A DNA stretch of 64,000 bases from Verrucomicrobiota bacterium (GCA_016716505.1 JADJWF010000011.1:786123-850122), one strand, 5' to 3'; numbered from the stretch's first letter, positions 35,601 through 45,949 are shown. The notes: generated from the letters alone by a model not told the origin. Made by a program: numbers and translations.

Positions 35601-36337
35601 TTCAGGAAGAGGGCATCCGGCTCGCCGTATTCCACCAGCTTGCCCTCAAGAATCTTGAGCCGGTTCCGCATCCGGCCGACGACCTGTTCGCGGCCGCCCA
35701 CGACGCGGGTGCTGATCCGCATGCCGCTACGGATGGTGTTCTCGCCGTAGTTGGCGATGTACAAGTCGAGGTCGCCGTCGCCGTCCACATCGCCCAGCGC
35801 GAGCGAAGTGCTGCCCGTCTCGGCGACCAGTTCCATGGCCTGAGCGTCCGCGAAGCGTCCGTTGCCCTAATTCAGAAACAACCGCGCGCCGGTGCCGGAG
35901 TAGGTCACCAGCAGGTCGAGATCGCCGTCGCCGTCCACGTCGGCGAAGACCGCGCCGCGTGCCAACTGATTTGTGTTCGCCAGACCGGCCGCGACGGTGA
36001 CGTTCGTGAACTTCCAGCCGCCGAGGTTGCGAAAGAGGGCGCTGGAGCCATTCAGATTGCACAGGAACACGTCGCACCAGCCGTCGCCGTCGTAGTCCCC
36101 GACCGCCAGGCCGGAGCCGTTCAGCAGGTTGTGATTGCGGGCTTCCGGCTCCGGCAGCAACTGGTTGGTGAAGGCGAGGCCGGTGTCTGCCGGCGACAAC
36201 AGGGTGAAGCCCGCGCGGCCCTGAGCCGGCACCGCCAGCGGCACGACGCGCACGCCCGCCGGCCCGGACGACGGGGCGTCAGCCAGTGCGGCACTCACGG
36301 CGAGCAGGAACAGCAAGATCGTCGAACCCACGGGCAT
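32621..36337 (-). pseudogene. CRTAC1-family paralogue interrupted by an in-frame TAG (35867-35869)
   Basis: Track ORFs 35867..36349 (signal peptide MPVGSTILLFLLAVSAALA...ARLFLN*) and 32621..35836 are in the same frame, separated only by TAG + GNGRFADAQA. The paralogue has LFTNDGRGRF at the aligned position. Confidence 0.8.
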
Positions 36338-36602
36338 TTGGCTGGGCAAGGAAATCCTTTCCCGGCTCGGTTTCGCAAGCGCGATTCCCTTTGCCGCCGG
36401 CGGAAGTTCGAAACTGGAGAGGAGGTGGGAGCACGACTGGAAGGTGGATTGGGCAGTGAGGCTAAGGGGAGAACGAGTTGAGGTGGCGGGCCTGACGAGT
36501 TTCTGGGCAGCGGCGAGAGCGACCCGAACGCGCTGCCGGGGTGAGGGCGTGGGCCGTTTTAATGCCGGCGGGAGTGAACGCGCCGGGTACTCGCGCGCGG
36601 GT

Positions 36603-37406
36603 TCAGGCCACGACCACTTCGACCTCGTTCGAGGCGATGCCGCGCGGCCCGGTGCGTTTCACGCAGAGTTTGAGGGTTACGGGTGTTTTCAGAGCCGCCG
36701 CCGGGATGACCGCCTTGATTTCGTTCGGGCTGACGAAGGTGGTGGCGAGTTCCCGGCCCCCCAACAGCACGCGGTCGGTTGGGGCGAACCCTTCGCCGGT
36801 CAGGGTGACGGTGGTGTCGGCCGAGTTGACGGCGATGCGGTCGGGCTGGGCGGGCTGGGTGATCTCCGGTCCGGCGTCGCCGATGGCGTCCTTTCGGTTG
36901 TCGCGCACGCTGAAGATGGCGTCGAAGAGTTCCTTCAACTTCAGGGTGGCCTTTTCCAAGAAGAGGCCGCTCATGAAGGCGAGCGCGCCAATGCCGTAGG
37001 GGTTCAGGCTGGCGGAGGTGTCGGCTCCCGTCCCCATCAACCCGCCCCGGATGGAGAAGTAGATGACGAGGGCCAGGGCAGCGCCGACCGGCGCACGGGC
37101 CGTGTACCACCAAATCCAACTGCGGACGAGATTGCGGTTGCCCACGAAGAGGGTGAACGAACCCAGCGCGTGCAGGCTACCGCCCAAGGCACCCAGCAGG
37201 ACGACCGCCCAGATGAGCGCAAGATCACGGGCGATCCCCGCTTCCTCCATCCCCACCCCATCCGGAACGGTGGTGTTGACTGCGCCACCCCAGACCGCGC
37301 CGATCAGCAGAATCAGCGCGAGCATCACGAGGTAGAGGTAGAAGCCCAGCAGTCGCCGGCCAAGCGGGCCGACCGGCTGCGATTGAATCTCAGTTTTCAG
37401 GTTCAC
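36603..37406 (-). CDS. Hypothetical membrane protein (about 4 TM) with a C-terminal IPT/TIG-like Ig-fold domain
   Basis: 267 aa, GTG start. Helices LLGFYLYLVMLALILLIGAVW, LALIWAVVLLGALGGSL, APVGAALALVIYFSI and YGIGALAFMSGLFL. C-terminus ITQPAQPDRIAVNSADTTVTLTGEGFAPTDRVLLGGRELATTFVSPNEIKAVIP. The antisense + ORF 36444..37499 is rejected. Confidence 0.6.
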   Translation of the reverse strand: MNLKTEIQSQPVGPLGRRLLGFYLYLVMLALILLIGAVWGGAVNTTVPDGVGMEEAGIARDLALIWAVVLLGALGGSLHALGSFTLFVGNRNLVRSWIWWYTARAPVGAALALVIYFSIRGGLMGTGADTSASLNPYGIGALAFMSGLFLEKATLKLKELFDAIFSVRDNRKDAIGDAGPEITQPAQPDRIAVNSADTTVTLTGEGFAPTDRVLLGGRELATTFVSPNEIKAVIPAAALKTPVTLKLCVKRTGPRGIASNEVEVVVA

Positions 37407-37633
37407 GGGAAGGATGGTGGCGTTTTGGGGCAGTTTTTCGGCTCGAAAAACTCTACTACCGCTGCGGCGCGAAAGCGAGCGCCGGCAAGTCGTGGGTAAT
37501 TCGGCGCCGATGCCGGGCGGGCGGCCGGCCCTTGCGGCGCGACGGAAGGTTGCCGCCCCGTGGCCCGTTCGCCGGGTCTGTCAGCATATCGGGCGGATCG
37601 CCCGGTTGTTCGCGTGCCTCCCGCGTGGGCGGC

Positions 37634-38566
37634 CTATTTCATCCGCTCGAAGGACTTGGTGAGGATTTGCCACGGGGCCAGGCCGACCACCTTCGCCTGG
37701 GCGTCGGCGTTGATCTTCGCCTCGAGCGCGTTCTTGGTCGGTCGCTGAACGCGGTAGAAGATGCCGAAGTATCCCGGAGCGGGCGCGCCCGCCAGCCGGT
37801 AGGCTGCCACCTCATCGGTCACGTCATGGTCGGTGGGTACCAGATTGAACGCCCCTCCCTTGCGGGGGTTCGCGGCGTCGAACGCACCCGGGTAGAACTC
37901 GACGCACTCGCTGAGGCATTCGATGAAGCTGAAGCCATCGTGGTCCAACGCCGCTTCCATCATTTGGAGGACGTGGTTCGGATTGGTGTGCGTTGTGCGC
38001 GCGACAAACGTGGCACCCGCGGCGATCGCCTGCCTGAGCGGATTGATCGGCTGGTCCACGGCACCCCAGATGTCCGTCTTGCTCTTGTAGCCGAGCGGCG
38101 ACGTGGGCGAAGTCTGCTTCTTGGTCAGGCCATAGACCTCGTTATCCATGACGACCAGCGTCATCTTGATGTTCTTGCGGGCGGTGTGCGTGAAGTGGTT
38201 GCCGCCGATGGAAAAGGCGTCGCCGTCACCGCTGAACACAAACACGTGCAGGTCCGGCCGCGTGAGCGAGATGCCCGAGGCAAAGGGCAGGGCGCGGCCG
38301 TGGATGAAGTGTGCGCCATGCGCCTGCACGAAGTACGGGAAGCGGCTGGAGCAGCCAATCCCGGACACACTCACCACCTTCTCGTGCCACAGGCGACGCT
38401 TCTCGATCAGCTTGAAGTACAGCGCCAGCACCGAGAAGTCCCCGCAGCCGGGGCACCAGGTCGGGTGATCCGCGGCGAGTTCCTTCTTGGTGAGCGGCTT
38501 GCGATCTTCCGCCGGCGCGGCGGACGTTGACGACGGAGAAACGGGGGCGGAGGCAATGGCGTTCAT
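37634..38566 (-). CDS. korB: 2-oxoglutarate/2-oxoacid:ferredoxin oxidoreductase beta subunit (TPP-binding)
   Basis: Start ATG 38566 (MNAIASAP...). HPTWCPGCGDFSVL, GIGCSSRFPYF, VFSGDGDAFSIGGNH, NEVYGLTKKQ. Confidence 0.9.
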   Translation of the reverse strand: MNAIASAPVSPSSTSAAPAEDRKPLTKKELAADHPTWCPGCGDFSVLALYFKLIEKRRLWHEKVVSVSGIGCSSRFPYFVQAHGAHFIHGRALPFASGISLTRPDLHVFVFSGDGDAFSIGGNHFTHTARKNIKMTLVVMDNEVYGLTKKQTSPTSPLGYKSKTDIWGAVDQPINPLRQAIAAGATFVARTTHTNPNHVLQMMEAALDHDGFSFIECLSECVEFYPGAFDAANPRKGGAFNLVPTDHDVTDEVAAYRLAGAPAPGYFGIFYRVQRPTKNALEAKINADAQAKVVGLAPWQILTKSFERMK

Positions 38567-38609
38567 GGGAGGGATCGAAAGGGGACGGCGGCAATCGGCA
38601 TCGGACCGT

Positions 38610-40439
38610 TCAAGCTTTGCTGAGGCGTTCCTCGACATCGTGGCGGATACGCTCGACGATCTCGCGCACCTTGAACGCGAGGCCGTCGGCCTTGTTGATG
38701 CCTCGAATCTTGTGGCTGCGATAGCGGGCGCGCAACAGCCCGGCCAGTTGGCCGTAGCCATAGACGCCCTCGTCGTTCATCTCCACCACGCGGAGGTGCT
38801 CGAACGCATCGAAGATGTCCTCCAGCCCGAGCGGAAACGGATGCAGGTGCCGCAGGTGCAGGGCCGCGACCTGATGGCCGTCCGCGCGGGCCCGGTCCAC
38901 GGCCTCGCGAATCGGCCCCATGGTGGAACCCCAGCCAACGAGAAGAAGCTGGCCGCTGCGGCAGCCGTACACCTCCGGTCGCGGCAGCGTGGTGGCCAGC
39001 GCCTGGAGCTTCCTGCGGCGCTTGGCCAGCATGGCCGCGTGCAGCTTGGGTGAACTGGTCGGATGACCCAGCTCGTCGTGCTCGAGGCCGGTGACCACGG
39101 GGTAGTTGCCGTTCAGCACGCGGGTGCCGGGGGCAAGGTGCCGGGTGATACCGTCCGCCGCCGTCAGGTCATACGGCTTGTGGGCTTGGACGGGTTCGAG
39201 CGGCAGTGGCAACTCCTGGCAGACTTGCTGCAGATTGGGTTCATCAAACGCCTCGATTCGTGAGGCGATCGCCTGATCGGTGAGGATGATCACCGGCACG
39301 CTGTACTTGCGGGCGATGTTGACGGCCTCGATGGCCATGTAGAAGCAGTCTTCCACGTTCGCGGGCGCGACCACGACACGGGGGGCGTCTCCGTGCCCGC
39401 CGAAGCAGGCGATGTTCAGGTCGGACTGCTCGACGTTGGTGGGCAGGCCGGTGGACGGCCCGCCGCGCTGCACGTCCACCACCACCAACGGCATCTCGGC
39501 CATGACGGCCCACCCCAGCGCCTCGGTTTTGAGCGAAAGCCCTGGCCCGCTGGAGCCGGTGACGGCCACGCGGCCGGCGTAGCTCGCGCCCAGCGCCATC
39601 GAGATCGAGGCGATTTCATCCTCACACTGGACGAAGGTGCCGCCGTACTTGGGCAGCTCGCGGCGGAGCAACTCCATGATGTCCGACCAGGGCGTGATCG
39701 GGTAACCCGCTCCGAACCGCACGCCGGCGGCGATCAACCCGTAGGCGAGCGCCTCGTTGCCGGTCATCACCACCTGCCGGACGCCCCGCGCCTTCGCGTC
39801 GGCGAACTGGAATGTCTGGAGGATGTTCCCCAAGGAGTAGGCGTACCCGGCGTGGAAGGCGTTCAGGGCATTCTGCGCCACGCTGGCGTCCTTGCCGCCG
39901 AACCGCTCGAGGATGAGCGCCTCCAGCTTCGGCACCTCCAGATCGAACATCTTGGCCAGCAGCCCGAGGGCAAACACATTCTTCCCCTTGTCGCGCGCCG
40001 TGCCGCCGATCGCTTCCACCGTCAGGCCGGAAATGGCGACGCCCACGTGATGATAATCGTCCTTCCACTCGGGTCGCGGCTCGACGTGGTCGGAGTCATA
40101 CAGCACCACGCCACCTTTGCGCAGCGAGCCGATGTGTTCCTCGTAGGAATGCTGGTAAAACGCGAGCAGCACATCCGCCTCGTCGCCGGCACTGAGGATC
40201 TCCCCGGATCCCAGTCGAACTTGGTAGATCGAGGGTCCGCCGGAGATGGTCGAGGGGATGGTCATGTAGGTCATGACATCCTGTTCGCTGCGGCCAGCCA
40301 GTCGGGCGAGGAAGCCGCCCAACGCCTGAATGCCGTCCTGGGAATTGCCGGCAATGCGGATCACCGCCTCGCGCAGTTGGACCCGCTGCGGTGCGGCGGG
40401 CGCGGTGGCGGCGGTTTCGGTTGTGGTAGTCGAAGTCAT
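38610..40439 (-). CDS. korA: 2-oxoglutarate/2-oxoacid:ferredoxin oxidoreductase alpha subunit (fused gamma-alpha type)
   Basis: Start ATG 40439 (MTSTTTTETAA...). IRIAGNSQDGIQALGGFLA, MTGNEALAYGLIAAGVRFGAGYPITPWSDIME, EDEIASISMALGASYAG. Confidence 0.9.
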   Translation of the reverse strand: MTSTTTTETAATAPAAPQRVQLREAVIRIAGNSQDGIQALGGFLARLAGRSEQDVMTYMTIPSTISGGPSIYQVRLGSGEILSAGDEADVLLAFYQHSYEEHIGSLRKGGVVLYDSDHVEPRPEWKDDYHHVGVAISGLTVEAIGGTARDKGKNVFALGLLAKMFDLEVPKLEALILERFGGKDASVAQNALNAFHAGYAYSLGNILQTFQFADAKARGVRQVVMTGNEALAYGLIAAGVRFGAGYPITPWSDIMELLRRELPKYGGTFVQCEDEIASISMALGASYAGRVAVTGSSGPGLSLKTEALGWAVMAEMPLVVVDVQRGGPSTGLPTNVEQSDLNIACFGGHGDAPRVVVAPANVEDCFYMAIEAVNIARKYSVPVIILTDQAIASRIEAFDEPNLQQVCQELPLPLEPVQAHKPYDLTAADGITRHLAPGTRVLNGNYPVVTGLEHDELGHPTSSPKLHAAMLAKRRRKLQALATTLPRPEVYGCRSGQLLLVGWGSTMGPIREAVDRARADGHQVAALHLRHLHPFPLGLEDIFDAFEHLRVVEMNDEGVYGYGQLAGLLRARYRSHKIRGINKADGLAFKVREIVERIRHDVEERLSKA

Positions 40440-40680
40440 GGAACGACGCGGCAACCCGCGTGACCGGCCAACCGTGGTCGCCAAATCCACCGGATTGCTT
40501 GAAGTGCGCGGGACACTACTCATCACCTCCGCTGTGTCAAACGGGAAGGGCGGCTAACCGCAGTCGCAAGAGGTTGCCCCGCCGCGAGCTGCCGATCCGC
40601 GGGGGCGGGCGGCTGCGCCGAATTCAGGTCAACCCCGGCGGTTGCGCGCCGGCCGGTTTTACGGCTAACTCGGCCCTCGG

Positions 40681-41832
40681 ATGAACGACCCGGCCAACTC
40701 GAGCCCGTCCCCGGTTTTGCCTGCGGGCGAACCCGTACCCTACCTGGACCTCGCCGCGCAAATGCGCCCGCTGCGGGCTGAGGTGGACGCGGCCATCGCC
40801 GCCGCGCTGGACCGGTGTTCCTTCGTGCTGGGGCCGGATGTCGCCGCATTCGAGCGAGAGTTCGCTGCCGTGTGCGGCGCCCAACATTGCGTGGCGTTCA
40901 ACAGCGGCACCTCGGCCCTGCACGTGGCCCTGCGCCTCCTGGACATCGGCCCCGGAGACGAAGTCATCACGACGCCCTACACGTTCGTCGCCACCAGTTG
41001 GGCGATCCGGTACGTCGGCGCGCGCCCGGTGTACGTGGACATTGATGACCAAACGTTCAACCTCGATCCCCTCAAGGTCGGCCGCGCGATCACGCCCCGG
41101 ACCAAGGCAATGTTGCCGGTGCATCTGTATGGGCAACCTTGTGCCTTGGGGCCCCTGCTGGAGATTTGCCAGCACGCTGGCATCCCGCTGGTCGAGGACG
41201 CCGCACAGGCGCACGGCGCGCTCTATGGCGGCCGGCCGGTCGGCGCGCTGGGGCGCCTGGGGGCGTTCAGCTTCTACCCGGGCAAGAACCTCGGCGCGTA
41301 CGGCGAGGGCGGCGCCCTGACCATGAATGACGACGCGCTCGCGGCGCGTGCCCGCTCCCTCCGTGACCACGGTTCCACCCGCCGGTATTACCACGACGAA
41401 CTCGGCTACAACTACCGGATGGAGGGCCTGCAAGGTGCGATCCTGCGCGTGAAGCTCCAGCGCCTGGCGGCCTGGACTGCCGCGCGCCGCCGCGTGGCGC
41501 GGCGTTACCAGGAACTCCTCGCCGATACCCCGCTGCGCCTCCCACAGGAAGCCGAAGGAAGCCAGAGTGTCTGGCACCTGTTCGTCGTCCGGCATCCGGA
41601 TCGGGATGCCCTCAAGGCGCATCTGGAAGCCGCTGGGATTGGTTGCGCGCTGCACTACCCCTTGCCGCTGCACCTCCAGAAATGCTTCGCGGACCTCGGC
41701 TATCGGGAGGGCGATTTCCCCGTCGCCGAGCAGACGGCCCGGGAATGCCTGGCGCTCCCGATCTATCCCGAATTGACCGATGCCCAGATCGAACGGGTGG
41801 TCGCGGTCATCAAAGGGTTCTTCCAGCGCTGA
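40681..41832 (+). CDS. DegT/DnrJ/EryC1/StrS-family PLP-dependent sugar aminotransferase
   Basis: 383 aa. FEREFAAVCGAQHCVAFNSGTSALHVAL...GDEVITTPYTFVATS...LPVHLYGQPC...DAAQAHGA...FSFYPGKNLGAYGEGGA. Confidence 0.9.
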   Translation: MNDPANSSPSPVLPAGEPVPYLDLAAQMRPLRAEVDAAIAAALDRCSFVLGPDVAAFEREFAAVCGAQHCVAFNSGTSALHVALRLLDIGPGDEVITTPYTFVATSWAIRYVGARPVYVDIDDQTFNLDPLKVGRAITPRTKAMLPVHLYGQPCALGPLLEICQHAGIPLVEDAAQAHGALYGGRPVGALGRLGAFSFYPGKNLGAYGEGGALTMNDDALAARARSLRDHGSTRRYYHDELGYNYRMEGLQGAILRVKLQRLAAWTAARRRVARRYQELLADTPLRLPQEAEGSQSVWHLFVVRHPDRDALKAHLEAAGIGCALHYPLPLHLQKCFADLGYREGDFPVAEQTARECLALPIYPELTDAQIERVVAVIKGFFQR

Positions 41833-41907
41833 CTACGCCCAGTCCGGCAGGCGTTCGGTGGCATGACGCGGGGTCGTGGCGAACGCGAGCGTCGGCAGTG
41901 ACCCGCG

Positions 41908-42468
41908 TCAGATTCGCAAGCGCCAGCCGTTCTCCCACAGGTGGAACTGGTACAGCGCGGCGATCATCAGTGAGTGGTGAAAGCGGCCCGTGGCCATCAG
42001 CTCGGGCAGGGCGCTCAGGGGCATCACGTGGGTGGCGAGGTCTTCGCCGGAGTCGAGGTCCAACGCATGGCGGCGCACGCAGTTTTCCACCAGGACCGTG
42101 TGACAGGCGTTGTTCAGGATGGCCGGATTCGGCGCCACCCGGCCGATCAAGCGGGCGTTTTCGCCTTCAAATCCGGTTTCCTCGCGTAATTCCCGAATCC
42201 CCGTCTCCACCGGCGAGGCGTCGGCTCCATCCATGACGCCCCCCGGGATCTCGAGGTCCACTGAATCGGTCCCATGCCGGTACTGCTCGACCAGAACGAT
42301 CTGCCGGTCCGGCGTGAGGGCGATGACGTTCACCCAATCGGGGCATTCGAGCACGTGGAATTCCATTTCCCGTCCGGTGCGCGGGGAGGTTTTGAAATCC
42401 CGGCGCAGGCGAAACACGTGATAGTCCCCGCGCAACTCCGAGCGGACCAGCGGCCAACGTTGAATCAT
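41908..42468 (-). CDS. NUDIX hydrolase (ADP-ribose pyrophosphatase-like)
   Basis: Start ATG 42468 (MIQRWPLVRSE...). Nudix box GGVMDGADASPVETGIRELREETGF. Confidence 0.8.
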   Translation of the reverse strand: MIQRWPLVRSELRGDYHVFRLRRDFKTSPRTGREMEFHVLECPDWVNVIALTPDRQIVLVEQYRHGTDSVDLEIPGGVMDGADASPVETGIRELREETGFEGENARLIGRVAPNPAILNNACHTVLVENCVRRHALDLDSGEDLATHVMPLSALPELMATGRFHHSLMIAALYQFHLWENGWRLRI

Positions 42469-42856
42469 GGGGCTAACGCTGCCGGTCACCGCTGGAACTG
42501 GCCAGCGCGGAATGAATGACCTGCCCACCTTCACCCGCTTGTTCCGTCTGGGATTCATGATGGGGCCGGGAGCGCGCGCTGAGGGCGGAAGACGCGAGGC
42601 AACGCTCGGCGAATCTTGCGGGAAGGATTGCGTTGCCACCCCGGGCTCAGCACCAGCCGCACGGTCGAGCGCCACTGGGGCGGGTGAACCAGAAAGTTTG
42701 GCCACCGCCTACCAGTGCTGTCCTCAGAAAGGCCAGCGTCAACCGACCGGAGCGCTCACGGATTCTCGCGCCGTCCCGCATCAGGGCAGCGGGCTACGGT
42801 CCGCCCTCCAAGAAATCAGTTGAAGCGCGCGGCCAGATTCCGCCGAATACGCAGGC

Positions 42857-43354
42857 ATGACGAGCACGCTCACCGAAGCCCAACGCGGCCAGGTCGCCAC
42901 CTGGCTGGCCGAGGGCCTGAAGTTGTCCGAGATTCAGAAGCGGCTGGAGACGGAGTTTGGTCTCCGGCTGACCTACATGGAGGTCAAGTTCCTGATTGGC
43001 GATCTGCAGTTGATGCCCAAGGATCAGGAGCCCTCCAAGGCATCTGACGCCGCCGTGCTCGGCGCCGGCCAGAGCGTGCCCCAGTCAAGCCCGCCCGGCG
43101 GTGCCCCGCCGCCGCCCGCTTCACCGGCCCCCAGCCCCGGCGCGGTCGCTGTGTCCGTGGATCAGATCACCCGACCGGGCGCGATGGTCAGCGGCAAGGT
43201 GACCTTTGCCGACGGGCAAAAGGGTGTTTGGTACGTGGATCAAATGGGCCGGCTGGGCCTCGCGCCGGAGCAGAAGGGCTACCGCCCGTCCGCCGCCGAC
43301 ATGCGGGAGTTCCAAATCGCGCTGGATCGCGAACTGGCCCGGCTGGGCATGTAA
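42857..43354 (+). CDS. Hypothetical protein (helical N-domain, Pro-rich linker, small C-domain)
   Basis: 165 aa, MTSTLTEAQRGQVATWLAEGLKLSEIQKRLETEFGLRLTYMEVKFLIGDLQL... I recognise no family. Codon pattern looks coding. Confidence 0.5.
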   Translation: MTSTLTEAQRGQVATWLAEGLKLSEIQKRLETEFGLRLTYMEVKFLIGDLQLMPKDQEPSKASDAAVLGAGQSVPQSSPPGGAPPPPASPAPSPGAVAVSVDQITRPGAMVSGKVTFADGQKGVWYVDQMGRLGLAPEQKGYRPSAADMREFQIALDRELARLGM

Positions 43355-44420
43355 GCGGCCGGGCCGCCGCACACTCCGCGCCGCCACCTGCTCTCGCGCA
43401 TCGAGGTCTCGGCGGACGGGCGCACGGTCACACTGTTCTTTCTCGAGAACTTCCCCGGGGCGGTGCGGGCGGCTGTGCGCTTCGATGGTGACGGCCTGCC
43501 GGAAGCGGACGGCAAGCCGCTCGACGCCGACGGCGACGGCCGCAGCGACGGGGAGGAACTGGTTGCGGGGGAGAATCCGCTTTTGCCCGCGGCCGCCGCG
43601 GATCATCGGCCTCGCGCCCGGACGCGGCGCGCTGGCCGGCGAACTCAACCTTCGCGGCCTGTTCGTGGATGACACGCCGCTGTTGGAGCTGGCGACGCCC
43701 TTGGCGCGGGAGGCCGGGGCGAGCGTGCAGATCGGTTCGTTCGGCACGCTGCGGATTCTGCCCGGGATCGAGTTCGACGTGACCGAAGGGCTCGGCCTGC
43801 GGGTCGGGGGAACCCTGCTGAACGAGGGCGTGGTCCGCACCGCCGACGGGCTGACGGGCACGGCGGACGCGGCCGGCGGCGGCACGGTGCTCAACCGCGG
43901 CCGGCTGGAAGCCCGCAGCGGGCTGCTGCGCCTGCCCCGGGTCCGGCAGACCGAAGGCCGCGTCCACCTCGCGGGCGGCGCCTTGACCTGCCTGCAGGGG
44001 CTGGAGCTGGAGGGCGGCGAGCTGGTTGGCGCGGGCGACCTCTACGCCGACCTGGCCAATGAGGGCGGCACGGTGTCCCCGGGCGGGGACGGGACCGGCA
44101 CGCTGGCCATCGGGCGGGAGCCGGCAAGCGGCCGGGGCGGGGCGTTTCGCCAGGGCGGAAGCGGCCAGCTGATCCTGAATGTCGCGTCGCGGGACCGCCA
44201 CGACCGGGTCACCGTGGACAAGAACGCGACCTTGGGCGGCGTGCTCGAGGTGCGGCTGGCCGAAGGGTTCATCCCGGCGGAGGGCGACGTGTTCACGCTG
44301 CTGGCCTGGCAGGGAGTCGGGGCGGGCGCCTTCGACGAGGTGCGTTTGCCGGCGCTGCCCGGCGACCGGCGCTTCGCGGTGGTGCAGGAGACGCAGGCGC
44401 TGAAGCTGGTGGTGCGGTGA
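43355..44420 (+). pseudogene. Secreted-repeat/adhesin-like gene remnant (TSP3-like Asp repeats + beta-strand-repeat C-terminus) with no start codon and at least one frameshift (about 43585-43615)
   Basis: Frame 2 right after the TAA of the previous gene reads ...HLLSRIEVSADGRTVTLFFLENFPGAVRAAVRFDGDGLPEADGKPLDADGDGRSDGEELVAGENPLLP. The protein-like sequence then continues in frame 0 (track ORF 43206..44420): ...GELNLRGLFVDDTPLLELA...GTLAIGREP...HDRVTVDKNATLGGVLEVRLAEGFIPAEGDVFTLL... Confidence 0.45.
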
Positions 44421-44611
44421 GGCCAGTGGTTCTTGGGGGCGATTCCCGGAGGGTATCGTCGGCATCTCCCGGTGGCCCTCTCGCCAGCCCTCGCCGCAGA
44501 TTGAGAATGGCGTTGCGCGCGCAGCGGCTTCCTTCCTAGCTTCCGGGCGGCGTCCGGTCCGCGATGCCGGACGAACCGTGGAATTAGTCGCGCGAAAACT
44601 CTGCCAGACAC

Positions 44612-45694
44612 ATGATCACGACCATTGAAAAACACCTCGGCGACAAGGCCGACTACCTGAAGTTCAACACCCCCAAGATTCCGAAGGAGCGGCTGCACCT
44701 CCCGGGCCCGGATTGGGTGGACCGCATCTTCGCCCCGTCCGACCGCAACAACCGGGTCCTGGCGAATCTGCAGCGGCTCTACGGGACAGGCCGCCTCGCC
44801 AATACCGGCTACCTTTCGATCCTCCCGGTGGACCAGGGCATCGAGCACTCCGGCGGCGCGAGCTTCGCGAAGAATCCGGACTACTTCGACAGCGAGAACA
44901 TCGTGAAGCTGGCGATCGAGGGCGGTTGCAACGCGGTGGCCTCGACCTACGGCGTGCTGGGGTCGGTCGCCCGCAAATACGCCCACAAGATTCCCTTCCT
45001 GGTGAAGATCAATCACAGCGAGTTGCTGACCTACCCGAACAAGGCCGACCAGATCATGTACGGCACCATCAAGCAGGCGGCGGACATGGGCTGCGCAGCC
45101 GTGGGCGCGACCATCTACTTCGGCTCGGCGGAGAGCGGCCGGCAGATCGTCGAGGTCAGCCAGGCGTTCGCGATGGCGCATGAATTGGGCATGGCCACCG
45201 TGTTGTGGTGCTATCTCCGTAACAGCGCCTTCAAGGTGAAGGGGGCCGACGGCAAGGCCACGGATTACCATGTGTCCGCCGACCTCACCGGGCAGGCCAA
45301 TCATCTCGGCGTCACCATTCAAGCCGACATCATCAAACAGAAGCTCCCGGAGAACAACGGCGGCTACAAGGCGTTGAACCTGGGCAGTTCGGGCTACGGG
45401 AAGTTTGACGAGCGCATCTACACGGACTTGTGCAGCGAGCACCCGATTGATCTGTGCCGTTACCAGGTGGCGAACTGTTACATGGGGCGTGCCGGGCTCA
45501 TCAACTCGGGTGGCGAATCCAAGGGCAAGGGCGACCTCGAGGCTGCCGTGCTCACGGCGGTCATCAACAAGCGTGCCGGCGGCATGGGCCTGATTTCGGG
45601 CCGCAAGGCGTTTCAGCGGCCGATGAAGGAAGGCGTGGCCCTCCTGAACGCGATTCAGGACGTGTATCTCTGTCCCGAAGTGACGGTGGCGTGA
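44612..45694 (+). CDS. fbaB: Class I fructose-bisphosphate aldolase (FbaB/DhnA type)
   Basis: 360 aa, [40 protein letters not shown]...[12 protein letters not shown]...VKINHSE...GATIYFGS... Confidence 0.9.
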   Translation: MITTIEKHLGDKADYLKFNTPKIPKERLHLPGPDWVDRIFAPSDRNNRVLANLQRLYGTGRLANTGYLSILPVDQGIEHSGGASFAKNPDYFDSENIVKLAIEGGCNAVASTYGVLGSVARKYAHKIPFLVKINHSELLTYPNKADQIMYGTIKQAADMGCAAVGATIYFGSAESGRQIVEVSQAFAMAHELGMATVLWCYLRNSAFKVKGADGKATDYHVSADLTGQANHLGVTIQADIIKQKLPENNGGYKALNLGSSGYGKFDERIYTDLCSEHPIDLCRYQVANCYMGRAGLINSGGESKGKGDLEAAVLTAVINKRAGGMGLISGRKAFQRPMKEGVALLNAIQDVYLCPEVTVA

Positions 45695-45721
45695 TTTCTT
45701 TACGGGGCAGCCCGAATGGGT

Positions 45722-45758
45722 CACCCCGCTCTCGTCGCCGGGGGCGGGGTGGCTTTTT
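45722..45758 (+). terminator. Rho-independent terminator after fbaB
   Basis: CACCCCGC-tctcgtcgccgggg-GCGGGGTG followed by GCTTTTT. Confidence 0.6.
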
Positions 45759-45949
45759 GCCGCGGCTTCAACCGCCTTTTCAACGACAGCGTTGCGTTGC
45801 AGGATTCGCCGCGCGGATTCGTTTGCGGTGAATGGCAGCCCGTAGGGAAAAGTGGATTCGATTTCGCGATAGCCATCCCAAGCGGCGACATTCCGCTTGA
45901 CGGGACAGCTAGTGCGATTTGAATCCTAACCATCTTGGGTGACATTATC

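Noticed and set aside
35867-35869. The in-frame TAG as pyrrolysine or programmed read-through.
   Set aside because: TAG terminates several well-defined genes in this window (for example at 1884, 3426, 9778 and 16287). There are no pyl genes and no obvious downstream structure. A nonsense mutation or a base-call error is simpler.
42469-42856. A non-coding gap of about 390 bp between the divergent NUDIX gene and the hypothetical gene, considered as a possible ncRNA locus (SRP, RNase P, 6S or tmRNA).
   Set aside because: I could not recognise any conserved core motif of those RNAs. Track ORF 42467..42823 is compositionally unconvincing. The gap is left unannotated.
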